DNA of 61,504 nucleotides, filler included, from It is 10 parts of 10 records of this genome, joined end to end, with 100 filler letters (N's around TTAATTAATTAA, not from the genome) between each part and the next. Parts side by side here need not be neighbours in the genome. Positions count along the whole stretch, not along the records: positions 8,241 to 13,896 come from SRR15195285_7320; positions 13,997 to 21,595 come from SRR15195285_7321; positions 21,696 to 25,350 come from SRR15195285_7325; 7 more parts are not named here. One strand, 5' to 3'. Shown piece by piece: positions 11,017 to 21,773 of this stretch (position 1 is its first letter; each line of letters starts with the position of its first letter). The notes under the pieces were generated by a model. It saw only the letters and a program-made list of their open reading frames with translations, ran no database searches and was not told where the DNA came from. The position numbers and the translations under genes were made by a program.

Positions 11017-13896
11017 TTACGGTTGCGATGAAGGATGGTCGACCTTCATCTCAATCTTCTCTGCAGCCAGACGCATCTCCTCACTCACACGCAGTTGTTT
11101 CTGGTCCTTGTCGTTGCGGACCCTCGGTGGCGGCGTTGACGACCTCTTTGGTGGAGTTGCTGAACGGTCAGCGGTCAGCGGTCTCTTTGGTGGAGTTCCT
11201 GACCGTGCTGCAACGGTCAAACTTGCGCTTTCGATGGCCATCCCGCTGCGGACACTCAGCGTTGATTCAGCAGGTACTGGTTCCTCTCCCTGCCTCCTTG
11301 CCTTCGACTGTTCGGTTTCGGACTCGAGAGCTCTACCCACCACCTTAAAGGCACGCGACGCTCGCGTCTTGACTGTGTCAAACATCTCCAGGAACTCCGT
11401 CACATCGAGAAAGCCGTTTTGGTCCTTATCCATTATGTCCCAAGCTCCATCTAGCCAGCTTGAATCTACATCATACCCTTTGGATCGAAAGAAACTCAGC
11501 GCCTCCTCCTTTGACACCTCACCGTTGCCGTCCGTGTCCACATCCTCAACGCTATCATCGGCATCAGCATCGGCATCAGCATCAGCGGGTACTGGTTCAC
11601 CCATGGGTTCCGCCGAGCTGGACGGCACCGACTCCAAGATGTAGCTCTTGCGCACAAACGCATTGGAGTAGACCAGCGCAGTTCCGGTGCTGCTGTCATC
11701 CGGCATCAACAGCGACTCAGGGATGGTCATCTGCTTGCTGATGCTGATGGCCATACCGTCTACCACAACGCTCGACGGCAATCCCATGACCAGCACCGCC
11801 TGCAGCTCGCCCACATGCTCATCGCGCCAACCGGCTCCCCACAGCGCCTCGCCGGCCGTATCCTTAAATTTGCCTCCCGCATACTTCTGCCAGTTGAGAT
11901 CAGTCGGCGATAACGTCGTGACCGTCCGTCCGGCGTCTAGGCCACAGCCGCTCTCACACATCCTTCGCGCAGCTTCTTCCGAGCAGTAGTGATACACAAT
12001 CGTGTACGACCGCATCTCTGCCTGGTCGATTGCGATTAGTGCAGCCTTCATCTCGTTCTTCGTGAATCTAGCAACGTTTTCTGGCCAATGTTTCGTGCTT
12101 GGATTGGCCTCCTGGAACATGCGGTGCCGCTCCAGGTAGATCTGAGATGGGTCGTCCAGCCTGGCGGGTATGCAGGCCGTAAACTTGACAATCGAGTCGC
12201 ACCATGGCGTCTTTGCGTTCGGCCTCGCCTCGTCGCGTACACGGCTGTCAACAGCAATACTGGCCAGTTGGACCTGTGTCATTGCCCCGTGCTCGTCTCT
12301 ATCAGACGAGCACTGCACCCGAGCGTTGACATTCTCCTTCGTGATACTATCGAGCACAGGCACGTAGTCTGGGTCTGGTGGCTTGAGCAGCAGGACCTTC
12401 TCGATGGTCTTGTTCGAGAGATACCTTGCCCCATCTGCTTCGTTGAGAATGCATTCGCCTTGCGGCACGATGAATACACCATCCCTTCCCGGCAGAATGC
12501 GACGCGGATCCCTGTTCTCTTTGGACGGTATTCGCAGTACCAGGCACACTTCTAGTTTCTTGGACAAAGATCCCCACTCGTCTCTTGCCGCTGGCAAGGT
12601 CCCTGCCCACTCCTTGGACTCAATCTTCTTCTCCAGGTCTAGCGGCGGATCTCCAGACATCACCTCGTACCATTTGTCACCTGTTTTCACATCAACACGG
12701 AACGCGTTTGCAATTCAATCTATTGTGGACAAAACAGCTTTGATTTACCAAGGATAACATTTCTTGCTGGGTGTCCAGTGAGAACATGAAAACTGAAAAG
12801 CAATTTACCCCACAGTGCATCTCCACAGCCCTTGCGGAATGCAGCTGGCCCAAGTCTGTCCCAGCCGAGGTCGACCGGACTTGCCAACGCGATGCTCACA
12901 CCACCTGCACAAACGTGTGGTTGAGTTTCTATAGTTGTCCCAAGCTTGCTTTGGCAACGATCATCGTTCACAGGCAAGTTTTAACAGAAAGAGAGCTGTC
13001 GCACCGCCTAGCTGACCGACCGTGCTGGCTCGAATTCCAAGCGAGCCCAAAATCAGCCGGCACGAATCTAGGTCGGTGAAATGGTACCCGAGCGAGTGTG
13101 ACTTCGGTAGTTCCGACTCCATCTGTTTGAACAAGGACGACATCTGCTCCTTCGACAAGTGCGAAGCAACCTCCAGATCATTCCAGAGCCGCATTCCCGC
13201 GCGCTGATGTTCGTTTTGTACTGCCAACTCGTTTGTGATGTAGTCGGCGAGATCTTTGGTCTCGCTCCCGGTAGTAAGTCCGAGCCGGAAGCGCTCAAAG
13301 GTGAAACGCATTCGCGTCTGCTTGTCGCTTTGAGCTTCGGCAGTTTGGGCCGCATGCCGCAGAGTCTGCTTCACCATTCTCAGTTTTCTTGCTATCGTGA
13401 GAACGAACATTCCTGGCACGCATATAATGAAGGTGGACATGAGGAGCCAGTCGTATGGCCGCCTGCGATCGGCGATATCCTCAGTGTACATGCGAAAGGC
13501 ATCTTCACCTTCTGTTCCAAAGTAGGCTCCCTTGGTTGAGTCCATGTCCGTGCGAAAGACCAATGCCACAGCGATCGTCAGGCACGTATGAACCTCTGTC
13601 GCCGCTCGCAGGTGGTTGTCTGCGTCAAACTTGTATGGCCAGCTTTTCATGTGGCGACACAGAAACGCAAGCGCGAGACCTAGGCCGATTATAGTCTGTG
13701 TGACAGAACCACGTTGCACGAATACAAGACCGCCGACAAGTGCCAACTTGCGCAGCATATCCAGCGACTCAGCCATGAAGAACTTCGGCTTGAAGGCGTC
13801 AGTGAGGAAGCCATAGGCAGAACCCATGACGATGTCGTTGACTGCGGCCTCAGCTTCGCCCATACTGATGTGAAAAGCCTCACTGACATGGGCCTT
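11017..13896 (-). CDS. Multi-pass membrane protein with two tandem ADP-ribosyltransferase-like (HYD1-type) modules and an EF-hand pair; 5' partial
   Basis: TM block FKPKFFMAESLDMLRKLALVGGLVFV..WPYKFDADNHL. Introns 12905-13004 and 12681-12808 join three ORFs in frame. Internal duplication YHFTD..SPVDLGW..ALWG vs YHYCS..SPTDLNW..ALWG. EF-hands DTDGNGEVSKEE and DKDQNGFLDVTE. Confidence 0.75.
12905..13004 (-). mobile_element. Introner-like spliceosomal intron (100 nt)
   Basis: GTGCG...CAG intron whose core aligns by eye with the unrelated intron at 51149-51252. Confidence 0.6.
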
Positions 13897-13996
13897 NNNN
13901 NNNNNNNNNNNNNNNNNNNNNNNNNNNNNNNNNNNNNNNNTTAATTAATTAANNNNNNNNNNNNNNNNNNNNNNNNNNNNNNNNNNNNNNNNNNNN
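13897..13996. other. Artificial contig spacer
   Basis: N44-TTAATTAATTAA-N44. Confidence 0.99.
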
Positions 13997-14150
13997 TTCG
14001 GTACAATATGATTGTACGAGTCCATCTGACAGCAGAGGTGAGAGGTTGACTACAGTGTGCAGGGAGTGTACACTTGCTACTTGCTTGGGGAGTTGACCTG
14101 CTGCTGCCTCGGCTGAGTCGCGGTCGACGGGCACGTCGTCCCTGTAGAAA

Positions 14151-17100
14151 ATGCCAACCAGTACACTGCACTGGTCGTGCGGGTTCACACTTCACAGTGT
14201 CAACTGGGAAGAAGCGCAGAAATTGATCGTGGAAGGTGACAAAGAGCGTGGTCTGGCTCCACGTCAGCTCTGCGAACAGCTCGACAGCGATGGCAGGACG
14301 GCGCTGCATCTGGCGGCCAGGGCAGCGCTGGAGCCCAACCAACATCCGCCCGCAGGCTTTATTGGCAGTCTGACTGACACATACCCAGGCGCCTGCCGGC
14401 AGAAAGATAAGCATGGCAGGCTTCCCATACATTTTGCTCTGATTCCACCCGATCAGCACGAGTTGCGCTCCCGCGTCGCGCCCCATCTCGCATGCGACGA
14501 GGAGCGAGCAAAGGTCGACGCAGCAAGCGAGGTGATTGATGCACTGCTCCGCACGTATCCGGAGGGCTTCATGACCGAGGATCGCGACGGCAAGCTGCCC
14601 CTCGAAATCGCTCTCCAGCATCAAGCTGACATTGAGACGGTAAAGTGCCTAGTCGGCGCTATTGCGAAGCCAGATCTGGCTGCCATATTTAAGACACTAG
14701 GATCGCACAGCTCAGCAGACACCCAAATTCCGACTGGGCTCGACATGGTCGTGAAACAAGCAGGCCCCGACGGCAATTATGACGGTCGTACGGTTCGAGA
14801 CATTCTGCAGGGCACACACAAAGGCGAGCGTTACCGCATGTTAGCAAAAACCATCGGGGCATATCTCGAGCGGTATCAGAGAGACAAGTTGCCAGTGCAC
14901 AAAACCACGACGAGCAGGGTATGGTATGCCACAGACGCGAAAAAACAGGACAGAAAAGTCTGCATTAAGATACTCCGAGAGCGCGAGCAGTTCTTGGCCG
15001 AGATCCACTCGCGCTATGATCGTTCTGGGCGGCTTTTAGAAGGTGATGCGTTTGTTTCCATTCTGGGCTGGCACACTCCGCCTGCGGAAACCTATATGTT
15101 TGGGTCACCTACAAATGGCCAGCAGGCAGAGCACGTAAGACCTTTCAGATGTAGTGAATCTCGCATTCTTAGATTTCGCCATCCCCTGTCTTTCTCGTGA
15201 GATATCTCTAAGAATTAGTTGTCGCTGGTCTTCGCAGACATCGGAAACCGACAGCCATGATATCCACGGCACACCATCAGGTTGGAAATACGCCATCGTC
15301 TTGGAAGCGGCCGAAAGATCTCTGCATAGCGCCTGCGCCTCTGAACGCATCGCTGGATACGAGGTGGATCGTGTACTGTGGATATTTCGTGAAGTTGCTC
15401 TGCGTGTACAGACGCTGCACGCTGCTGGCCTTGTTCATGGTGATCTAAAACAACGAAATATTTTGCGAGTTGACACAAAGCGCCGCTATAAAAAGTGGAT
15501 ACTGTGCGACGGCGATGCATGTGCCCGTATCGGGGAGCCAGTTGGACACAAATCGTCGTCAGGCTATGCCCCGCCAGAGCTTGCACGAGTCAAGTGTTCG
15601 AAATGCGACGGGCGGCAGTTAGCACAAGCCGCTCCAAGCTTTGACGTCTGGTCTCTCGGCGTCATTCTTTTCGAACTGTGCGCGGGGCGGACACTGTTCA
15701 ATCAAGACACCTCCAATGACGAACTGGTCGACACACAAGACCGTGCTCGGCTCTGCTGCTGGGACACAGTGACTGATGAAGAGCTTGCTCCTGTTTTTGC
15801 CGTATCGGACACCACCGAAGAGGACCCTCATGTTGTGATCAACGCGAAAGATCTCATTCGCTGGTGCCTCAAAGGCTCGCCAGACGACCGACCGACCCTA
15901 CCACAAATCTTGAAGCACCCACTGCTGACAACTGTACGCGTGATCAGTGCGATGCATCGATGAGGTCTTCGTTCTACTGAGGCGCTGATGCGCGTGGATG
16001 TGCAGGGGGCATACGTCCAAATGTGGCCTATTGTTCCGACATGCAGACAAATGGGGTCTATTGTTCCGACCCTGAGGCCAATGCGCTACCATGGCTTCAT
16101 GTCACACGCACAGGTGAACTTGCAACTGTGAACACCAGCGCTTTGGGTGCCGTTAGGGATCCTACTAGGAGTTCAGGGTTCTCTCGTAAATTTTGGACAT
16201 CATCTGTGACCTAATCCGTGTCCTTTGCATCTGTCACAGGCGGACGCGTCAGGCACAGTCGGGACCCTGTTCTTCGAGTATAAGAAGCTCGGTCTCCACA
16301 ACTGGTTGGATGTGCGGCAAGCAAATCTGACACTAGCCGGTATGAAGGCTGGCGTGCGTGATAGCGCTGTCTTCCTATTGATTCTAACGGAACGGGTGCT
16401 GGCGAGCTGGTTCTGCAAACAAGAGATCCTGACGGCTATCGAGGAAAAAAAAAGATTCAACTCATCATCGAGCAGGAAGAGCGCTTCCATCCCTTTGACG
16501 TAGCCGCATGGCGGAAGCAAGCAGACGATGGCAAGGCAACGAGAGAAGTGGTGAATCAGCGTGGCGAAGATGTCGCAGTAGATTCGAAAATTTGCAAAAT
16601 GATTGACGACCATCTGCATGATGCTGTGCCGTACAGACGCAGGGACTTTGAGCAGGAGGCGATGATGCGTGCACTGTGCGAGCGCAACGGCGTGTCGCTA
16701 CCGCAACTTCCACTTGTCGTTTCGGATGGTTGGGGGCCAGGCGGGGAGCCTGTAGTCGTCTACGTAATCTGCAACATGGCATCCGCAGCAGGAGTCCTCG
16801 TTGAAATCAAGCAGTCCATACAGGGAGAAGTTGGGGACAAAGTGGTGTTTACGAACGAGTTGGCAAAGGCCACCCGTGTGCTGGTTATCCTAACTGCAGG
16901 TGTCCTGGAACTAGAGCCGTGTGTATCTGATTTGGAGAAGGTAGTTTGTATGGACGAAGCTAACCAGACAGACCGAGTAGTCACTATGTATAGCCCAGAA
17001 CTAGGCTGGGAGTTTGGTGCTGCACACTCGGTGCCTCGAATCGAAAATTGCCTCAACGATCACGAGGCAATCCGCGTCCGTGCAAAGGACGAGAGCGGAC

Positions 17101-17772
17101 CATCCCGCCACGAGTTTCCAGCGATGATTGTGAGTGATGTATACTACGGCAACGCTAACTAGTTCGAGGCTTGTAGGAGTAGATTGGTCTGCCATAAGCA
17201 TGCTATAGCTGGATTGTCGTGTCGTGATGACCGTTGCTGCGCGCTGGATGCAGAGGCGGCTCCTTCAGTGCCTTGGAGCACCGACCGGAATTCCTTTCTC
17301 AAGCAAGTCGGAACCCATCACAGATGTGCGCCACCAGCAAGAAAGAAACAAGGCGAAAGTAGCGGAGTTGCAAGAAGAGCTAGAGGTCGAGCGAGAAAGG
17401 AACCAGGCAAAAGTAATCCAGCTGCAACAGGAGCTAGAGGTCGAGCGAGCAAGGAACCAACGAGCGGAAAATGCGTGCCACACGCAACGCAGCTCGCATA
17501 CAAAAAATGAGCGCCACAGACGGCGCAGCTCGCATACAAAAAATGAGCACCACAGCGGGCGCAGCTCGCAAAGAGAACACACTGGCAGGCGCAGCCATCA
17601 TCAACAGCATTGCCATAATCACCGAGGCGATGCGCATTATGCCAACGACGAAGAGCGCATCCGAAGCGCTGAGATGGCACAGTTCGCGCCTCGGGAGGCT
17701 GAAGTGGTGCCGTTGCAGCCACGTGTCAACCAGCGAATAGGTGCGAGTTCTAGGCTGTGTGTGATCAGTTAG
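14151..17772 (+). CDS. Ankyrin repeat - protein kinase - TIR - degenerate TIR - coiled-coil protein; frameshift in the A9 run at 16445-16453
   Basis: ANK motifs DGRTALHLAA, HGRLPIHFA, DGKLPLEIA. Kinase motifs VCIK, HGDLKQRN, YAPPE, DVWSLG. TIR motifs YHGFMSHAQADA..WLDV..GVRDSAVFLLILT..SWFCKQEILTA. Introns 15135-15237, 15934-16005, 16114-16239 and 17130-17253 are all phase 0 and keep the frame. Confidence 0.85.
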
Positions 17773-17976
17773 GTAGAGATTATCGTGAATTTGAAGGCAA
17801 AAATGATGTACCGCCCACACTACCATCTAGTACCTCAGCTTGTTACAAGAACATCAAAGAGCTTTGGTGTCTTCGTAATCAACCGCATCAACAGCGCCAC
17901 GAGCGAATCGGTTGCGAGGCAACTGCATGCAATAGCATGTATGCAATGTGGGTACCGTCACTAGGAGCACTCACAT

Positions 17977-20118
17977 CTAATCATTTTGGCACACCGCACC
18001 GACACAACCAAGCGTCGGGCCAATCGCATCAAAGTCAATAAGCTGCCACTGTGGGATATGTCCACGCACAACCGACGTATGCAGCGAAAAGTTCATGCGA
18101 GAGATGTCAGCGAACCCAGGATTCGCGTCTGCGAGCCACACGTATTTGGATGCAATGTCTGACCTCGCGCAATCACCGCATGCAAAGCCTCCACTGGAGA
18201 AGTTGCGGGAAATCTCGTCGTAGCTGCTCCCACGCTTAATTGATGGATTGTACACAATGGCCTTGCTGAAGGTATTGGACTTAGGAGATCGTCGGTCTTC
18301 CGTCCAAAAGTTTCGCAGCTCGGGATACTGCCGAAGAAACGTCGCTAGCATGCCACTAGCGTTTGCGGCTGCAAATGCCGCCTTCCAGTGTGGGACCAGC
18401 TGTTCGTACTGAGCGCTATGCATCATCTTGTCACTCTGCTCGTACGGGCCTCCGCAGTCGACGAAAATATTGTTTGTGATATTTATGTATGACGCACCGT
18501 TGCCATGCACAGCATGACATGTTTCACCACAGGCGACCCGGTAAAACACATTGGAATGAACTGTCACACCCATACTGCCGTCGTCGGCGTACACAGCTTG
18601 AATGAGTGGTCGACCCTCACCAATGTCGTGAAAAAAGTTGCTGTGAATGACGTTGCCACGATTCAACGGGTTTGGACCGAGGTTCATGTAGATCGCACCC
18701 ATGTCATTGAACTCCTGAGATGGTTTTGAAACTTCGTTGTAGGCAAACGTATTGTCGTTGCCATACAGTGTGACGCTTGAATGCGGACCGCCTTCAATCT
18801 GGCAGTGCTGAACGCTATTTGCCACCCCACCTAGCACGAATGCCGGCGTGTAAACCCGTTGCCACTGTGCCCAGTCACGAATGCGACTGTTGAGCACATG
18901 GGAGTTGCCTGGAGTAAGTGTAGCAGGGTGACCGTCGCCGAACATATTCACCCCATAGCCTCCTAGATCGTGCAAGTCCGCGCTGACAAGTGACGAGTTA
19001 GGCCCGAGCTCTACTCCGTTTAGGCCGAAGGAGGATACCTCCACGTTCTCGATCTTGACATAGTCAGCCAGGTGCGCGTCGATCGCTGACGCACGGCCGA
19101 CAGTGAGATTGAGATGCCGAATGCTAATATTGCTAGCCCCAGCTGTAAATTGTATCAGAGGGGAGTTCAAGATAGAGACGGAGAGCTCTGGGCGCGGCCC
19201 GTTCGATGGTGACACCAGGAACACCGTCAACTCTGTCTCGTTCACGTAATACTCGCCAATTTCCGACAACTCTTCAAACACGTTGGTAAATACAAATCGG
19301 TTGTGACAACAGTACGTGATCTGAGTTGTTGGGTCGGCAACCTCTGGGCTGCCAAGTGTGTAGGAGCCGTTGCTCAGGCGCTGTGCGCGGTTGAACGTCC
19401 AGACCCAGTTTTGCGACAGGATTCCGTCGAGCCACACGCCACCTGGAGATGACCAGCTGCGGTACCATTTACTTGGGCGTGTAGAGTTGATGTCAAACAC
19501 TGGTCTCGTTTTGTTCGGGTTCCGTACCAGGGACATAGAGAGGGCTGGTGCATCACGCTTTGGCCAGCGAGCGCGCACTGGATTTTCGCCGGCCACCTTC
19601 CCGAACAGTTGCATTGGTGGGCTTTGAGGTGGAATCGTGAAGCCATGGCGAGTTAGGTGGCCAACCTGGGCCTGGCGAATCCCTGGTAGCGTACTGGCGA
19701 GGTCCAGCCACAACAGTTCTGCACCGACTGGCAGCGGCGCTGAGAGCCGATCACCATGGAGCCCTCCAGTGTCAGCGATCGGCTCCCAAGAATCTGGTGG
19801 TATGGAGGCCCCGCCTGTGATGACAGCAGGATCCCTACCCCCGTTCTCATCCCAAACACCGGACCAGGTGATGCCTTGGTCCTGGTGGGTGAGCACAAGC
19901 CCCTGACCTCGCAGCTCAAACCGCCCTTTCAGTCTGACGTGCTGCGCGTGCTGCTGGCGTGCGGCGGTCTGCGCAGCACCGATGCTGCGGAGAGCTGTCG
20001 TCCGGGCGCACCCGTCATTACCATCGCTCCCTGCAGTTGCATCGACCCATATCGTCGCACAGAGCGGTGCGCTACCTGCTGCGTCGCTGAGCAGCGCCAG
20101 CACGTACAGCAGCGACAT
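17977..20118 (-). CDS. Secreted right-handed parallel beta-helix protein, GH141-like glycoside hydrolase; intronless
   Basis: Signal peptide MSLLYVLALL; WVDATAGSDGNDG, RARWP, NVFEELSEIGEYY, GPHSSVTLYGNDN, DMGAIY and VYADDGS are typical of this family. Confidence 0.8.
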   Translation of the reverse strand: MSLLYVLALLSDAAGSAPLCATIWVDATAGSDGNDGCARTTALRSIGAAQTAARQQHAQHVRLKGRFELRGQGLVLTHQDQGITWSGVWDENGGRDPAVITGGASIPPDSWEPIADTGGLHGDRLSAPLPVGAELLWLDLASTLPGIRQAQVGHLTRHGFTIPPQSPPMQLFGKVAGENPVRARWPKRDAPALSMSLVRNPNKTRPVFDINSTRPSKWYRSWSSPGGVWLDGILSQNWVWTFNRAQRLSNGSYTLGSPEVADPTTQITYCCHNRFVFTNVFEELSEIGEYYVNETELTVFLVSPSNGPRPELSVSILNSPLIQFTAGASNISIRHLNLTVGRASAIDAHLADYVKIENVEVSSFGLNGVELGPNSSLVSADLHDLGGYGVNMFGDGHPATLTPGNSHVLNSRIRDWAQWQRVYTPAFVLGGVANSVQHCQIEGGPHSSVTLYGNDNTFAYNEVSKPSQEFNDMGAIYMNLGPNPLNRGNVIHSNFFHDIGEGRPLIQAVYADDGSMGVTVHSNVFYRVACGETCHAVHGNGASYINITNNIFVDCGGPYEQSDKMMHSAQYEQLVPHWKAAFAAANASGMLATFLRQYPELRNFWTEDRRSPKSNTFSKAIVYNPSIKRGSSYDEISRNFSSGGFACGDCARSDIASKYVWLADANPGFADISRMNFSLHTSVVRGHIPQWQLIDFDAIGPTLGCVGAVCQND

Positions 20119-20310
20119 GACTTCCAGCCCGGCGGCCGTCGCGCGGCAACCGCTGGCGCGACGCGCCGCCCGCCCACGGCCGATCAATTGTATGTAAATC
20201 TTCACCAATTCGTTACTTTAAGACCAACGACGTGCTGCACTACTTAAATCAGAACCCAGTTCCCTAGCAAAATGCCATCATCTGGTTGCTCGGCCTCTCG
20301 TTCTTGCTCG

Positions 20311-21471
20311 TCATGGTGTTTTCAAAGCCTTGAGAACAGCGGCCATGTACGCCGCAATGAGGTCCCTCCAGCCTTCAGCCTCGTAGTGCACATTGTGCGG
20401 GATCTGATAGCAGTCGCCGTGCTCGGGGTCTTGCTGGCTACAGCCAGCGGGGCAGAGCGTGTAGGCTGTCCCGCATTTCTTTGTGACGACTGCGTAAAGA
20501 TCCAGCTCTGCAATACGGCTCGCGGCTGGAACACTCGCCACAGCCTTTGCAGCAGCCGCATTGTATATTGGGGGATCGGTGTTTGCGCGTGGGGGGCACC
20601 CGCCCTGGCCATTCGTCTTGTTGCAGTAGCCGTCGATGCCCTCGGGCACCGGGGTAGTCGTCACCCAGATCAGTTTCGCGTCAGGCGCCGCGTCAGCTAT
20701 CCGCTGACTGATATTGGCAAACAGGTCGGTGTAAAGTGCCGGCTCGATCCGCTGTGTTTGCCAAGCAACGAGTGGTGTGCGCAATGTAAGTACACGCAGG
20801 GTGCGAGGATGCATTATTTTGAATATCCGCAGGACAATGGCTGTCTAAGTACGGTGCCACGTACCTCGTTGTCCAGCGCGAGATCGTGGAGACCGAACTG
20901 AAAAGAAATGACGTCCCAGCGGGAGGCATTGCTCAGCCACTTGTCCAGGCAGTGCGCGCCCCACCAAACATTGGCTGCGTTCCCGGGGGAGTGCGTGACC
21001 TGGACTCCATGGCCTGCCGCCACAGCTGGCATTCCATTGGACATGCATCCACCGGTGATCGAGTCGCCGATCATCAGCCACTGCTTGTGCCCGGTCAGCG
21101 GCGCGGCGTAGCGTGGTGTTCCGCAGGTCACCTGGGTGCACTGGCACATTGTCCTGCCCGTGGTGCCAGGCAGCGTGCAGGCTCCCGCGCCCGCGGTGGA
21201 CGCGTTGGGTAGCACCTGACCAACGAGCCTCTTGCTCAGCAGGACTAAATCCTAGACCAAATTCCAATACAAACAGCTCAGGTGGCGTCGAAAGAAGCAT
21301 TCGTCGGAGCAGAAATACCGACGCCGGGCAATTCTCTGCATGCTTTGTCGCGCCACAGCAGCGCCAGCCCTCGCCACCGAAAGGGCAGTCAGAGTCGGTC
21401 GCACATGGGACACCACTGGCAAGCGCAGCTAGGGCGGTGCAGGAGCAGAGCACCCTCACGAGCTGTGCCAT
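20311..21471 (-). CDS. Secreted SGNH/GDSL hydrolase with Cys-rich N-terminus (3 exons)
   Basis: Signal peptide. Block I MIGDSIT, block II PGNAAN, block III FQFGLHD, LIWVTTTPVP, block V NVHY. Two GT-AG introns join the ORFs. Confidence 0.88.
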
Positions 21472-21595
21472 TGCCGAGCTGTAGGGGTACTCGCCGCGGT
21501 ACGTCGCGGTCGCGATATGCGTGCGCCGGCGCGTGGACCGCGCGGTACCTCGTACTGGTACTCAGCAGTTCTGACCGCACCATCGTGTGCGGCCT

Positions 21596-21695
21596 NNNNN
21601 NNNNNNNNNNNNNNNNNNNNNNNNNNNNNNNNNNNNNNNTTAATTAATTAANNNNNNNNNNNNNNNNNNNNNNNNNNNNNNNNNNNNNNNNNNNN
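21596..21695. other. Artificial contig spacer
   Basis: N44-TTAATTAATTAA-N44. Confidence 0.99.
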
Positions 21696-21773
21696 CGCAC
21701 TTGAGGTTGCAGGTGTTCGTGAGCATGGGAGGTGCGGTGATGCAGATGTTCGGTGGTACCTGACGTCACGAGC

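Noticed and set aside
11017-17772. Apparent immune island formed by the ART-like membrane gene and the kinase-TIR gene
   Set aside because: A spacer (13897-13996) separates them, so there is no evidence of physical linkage.
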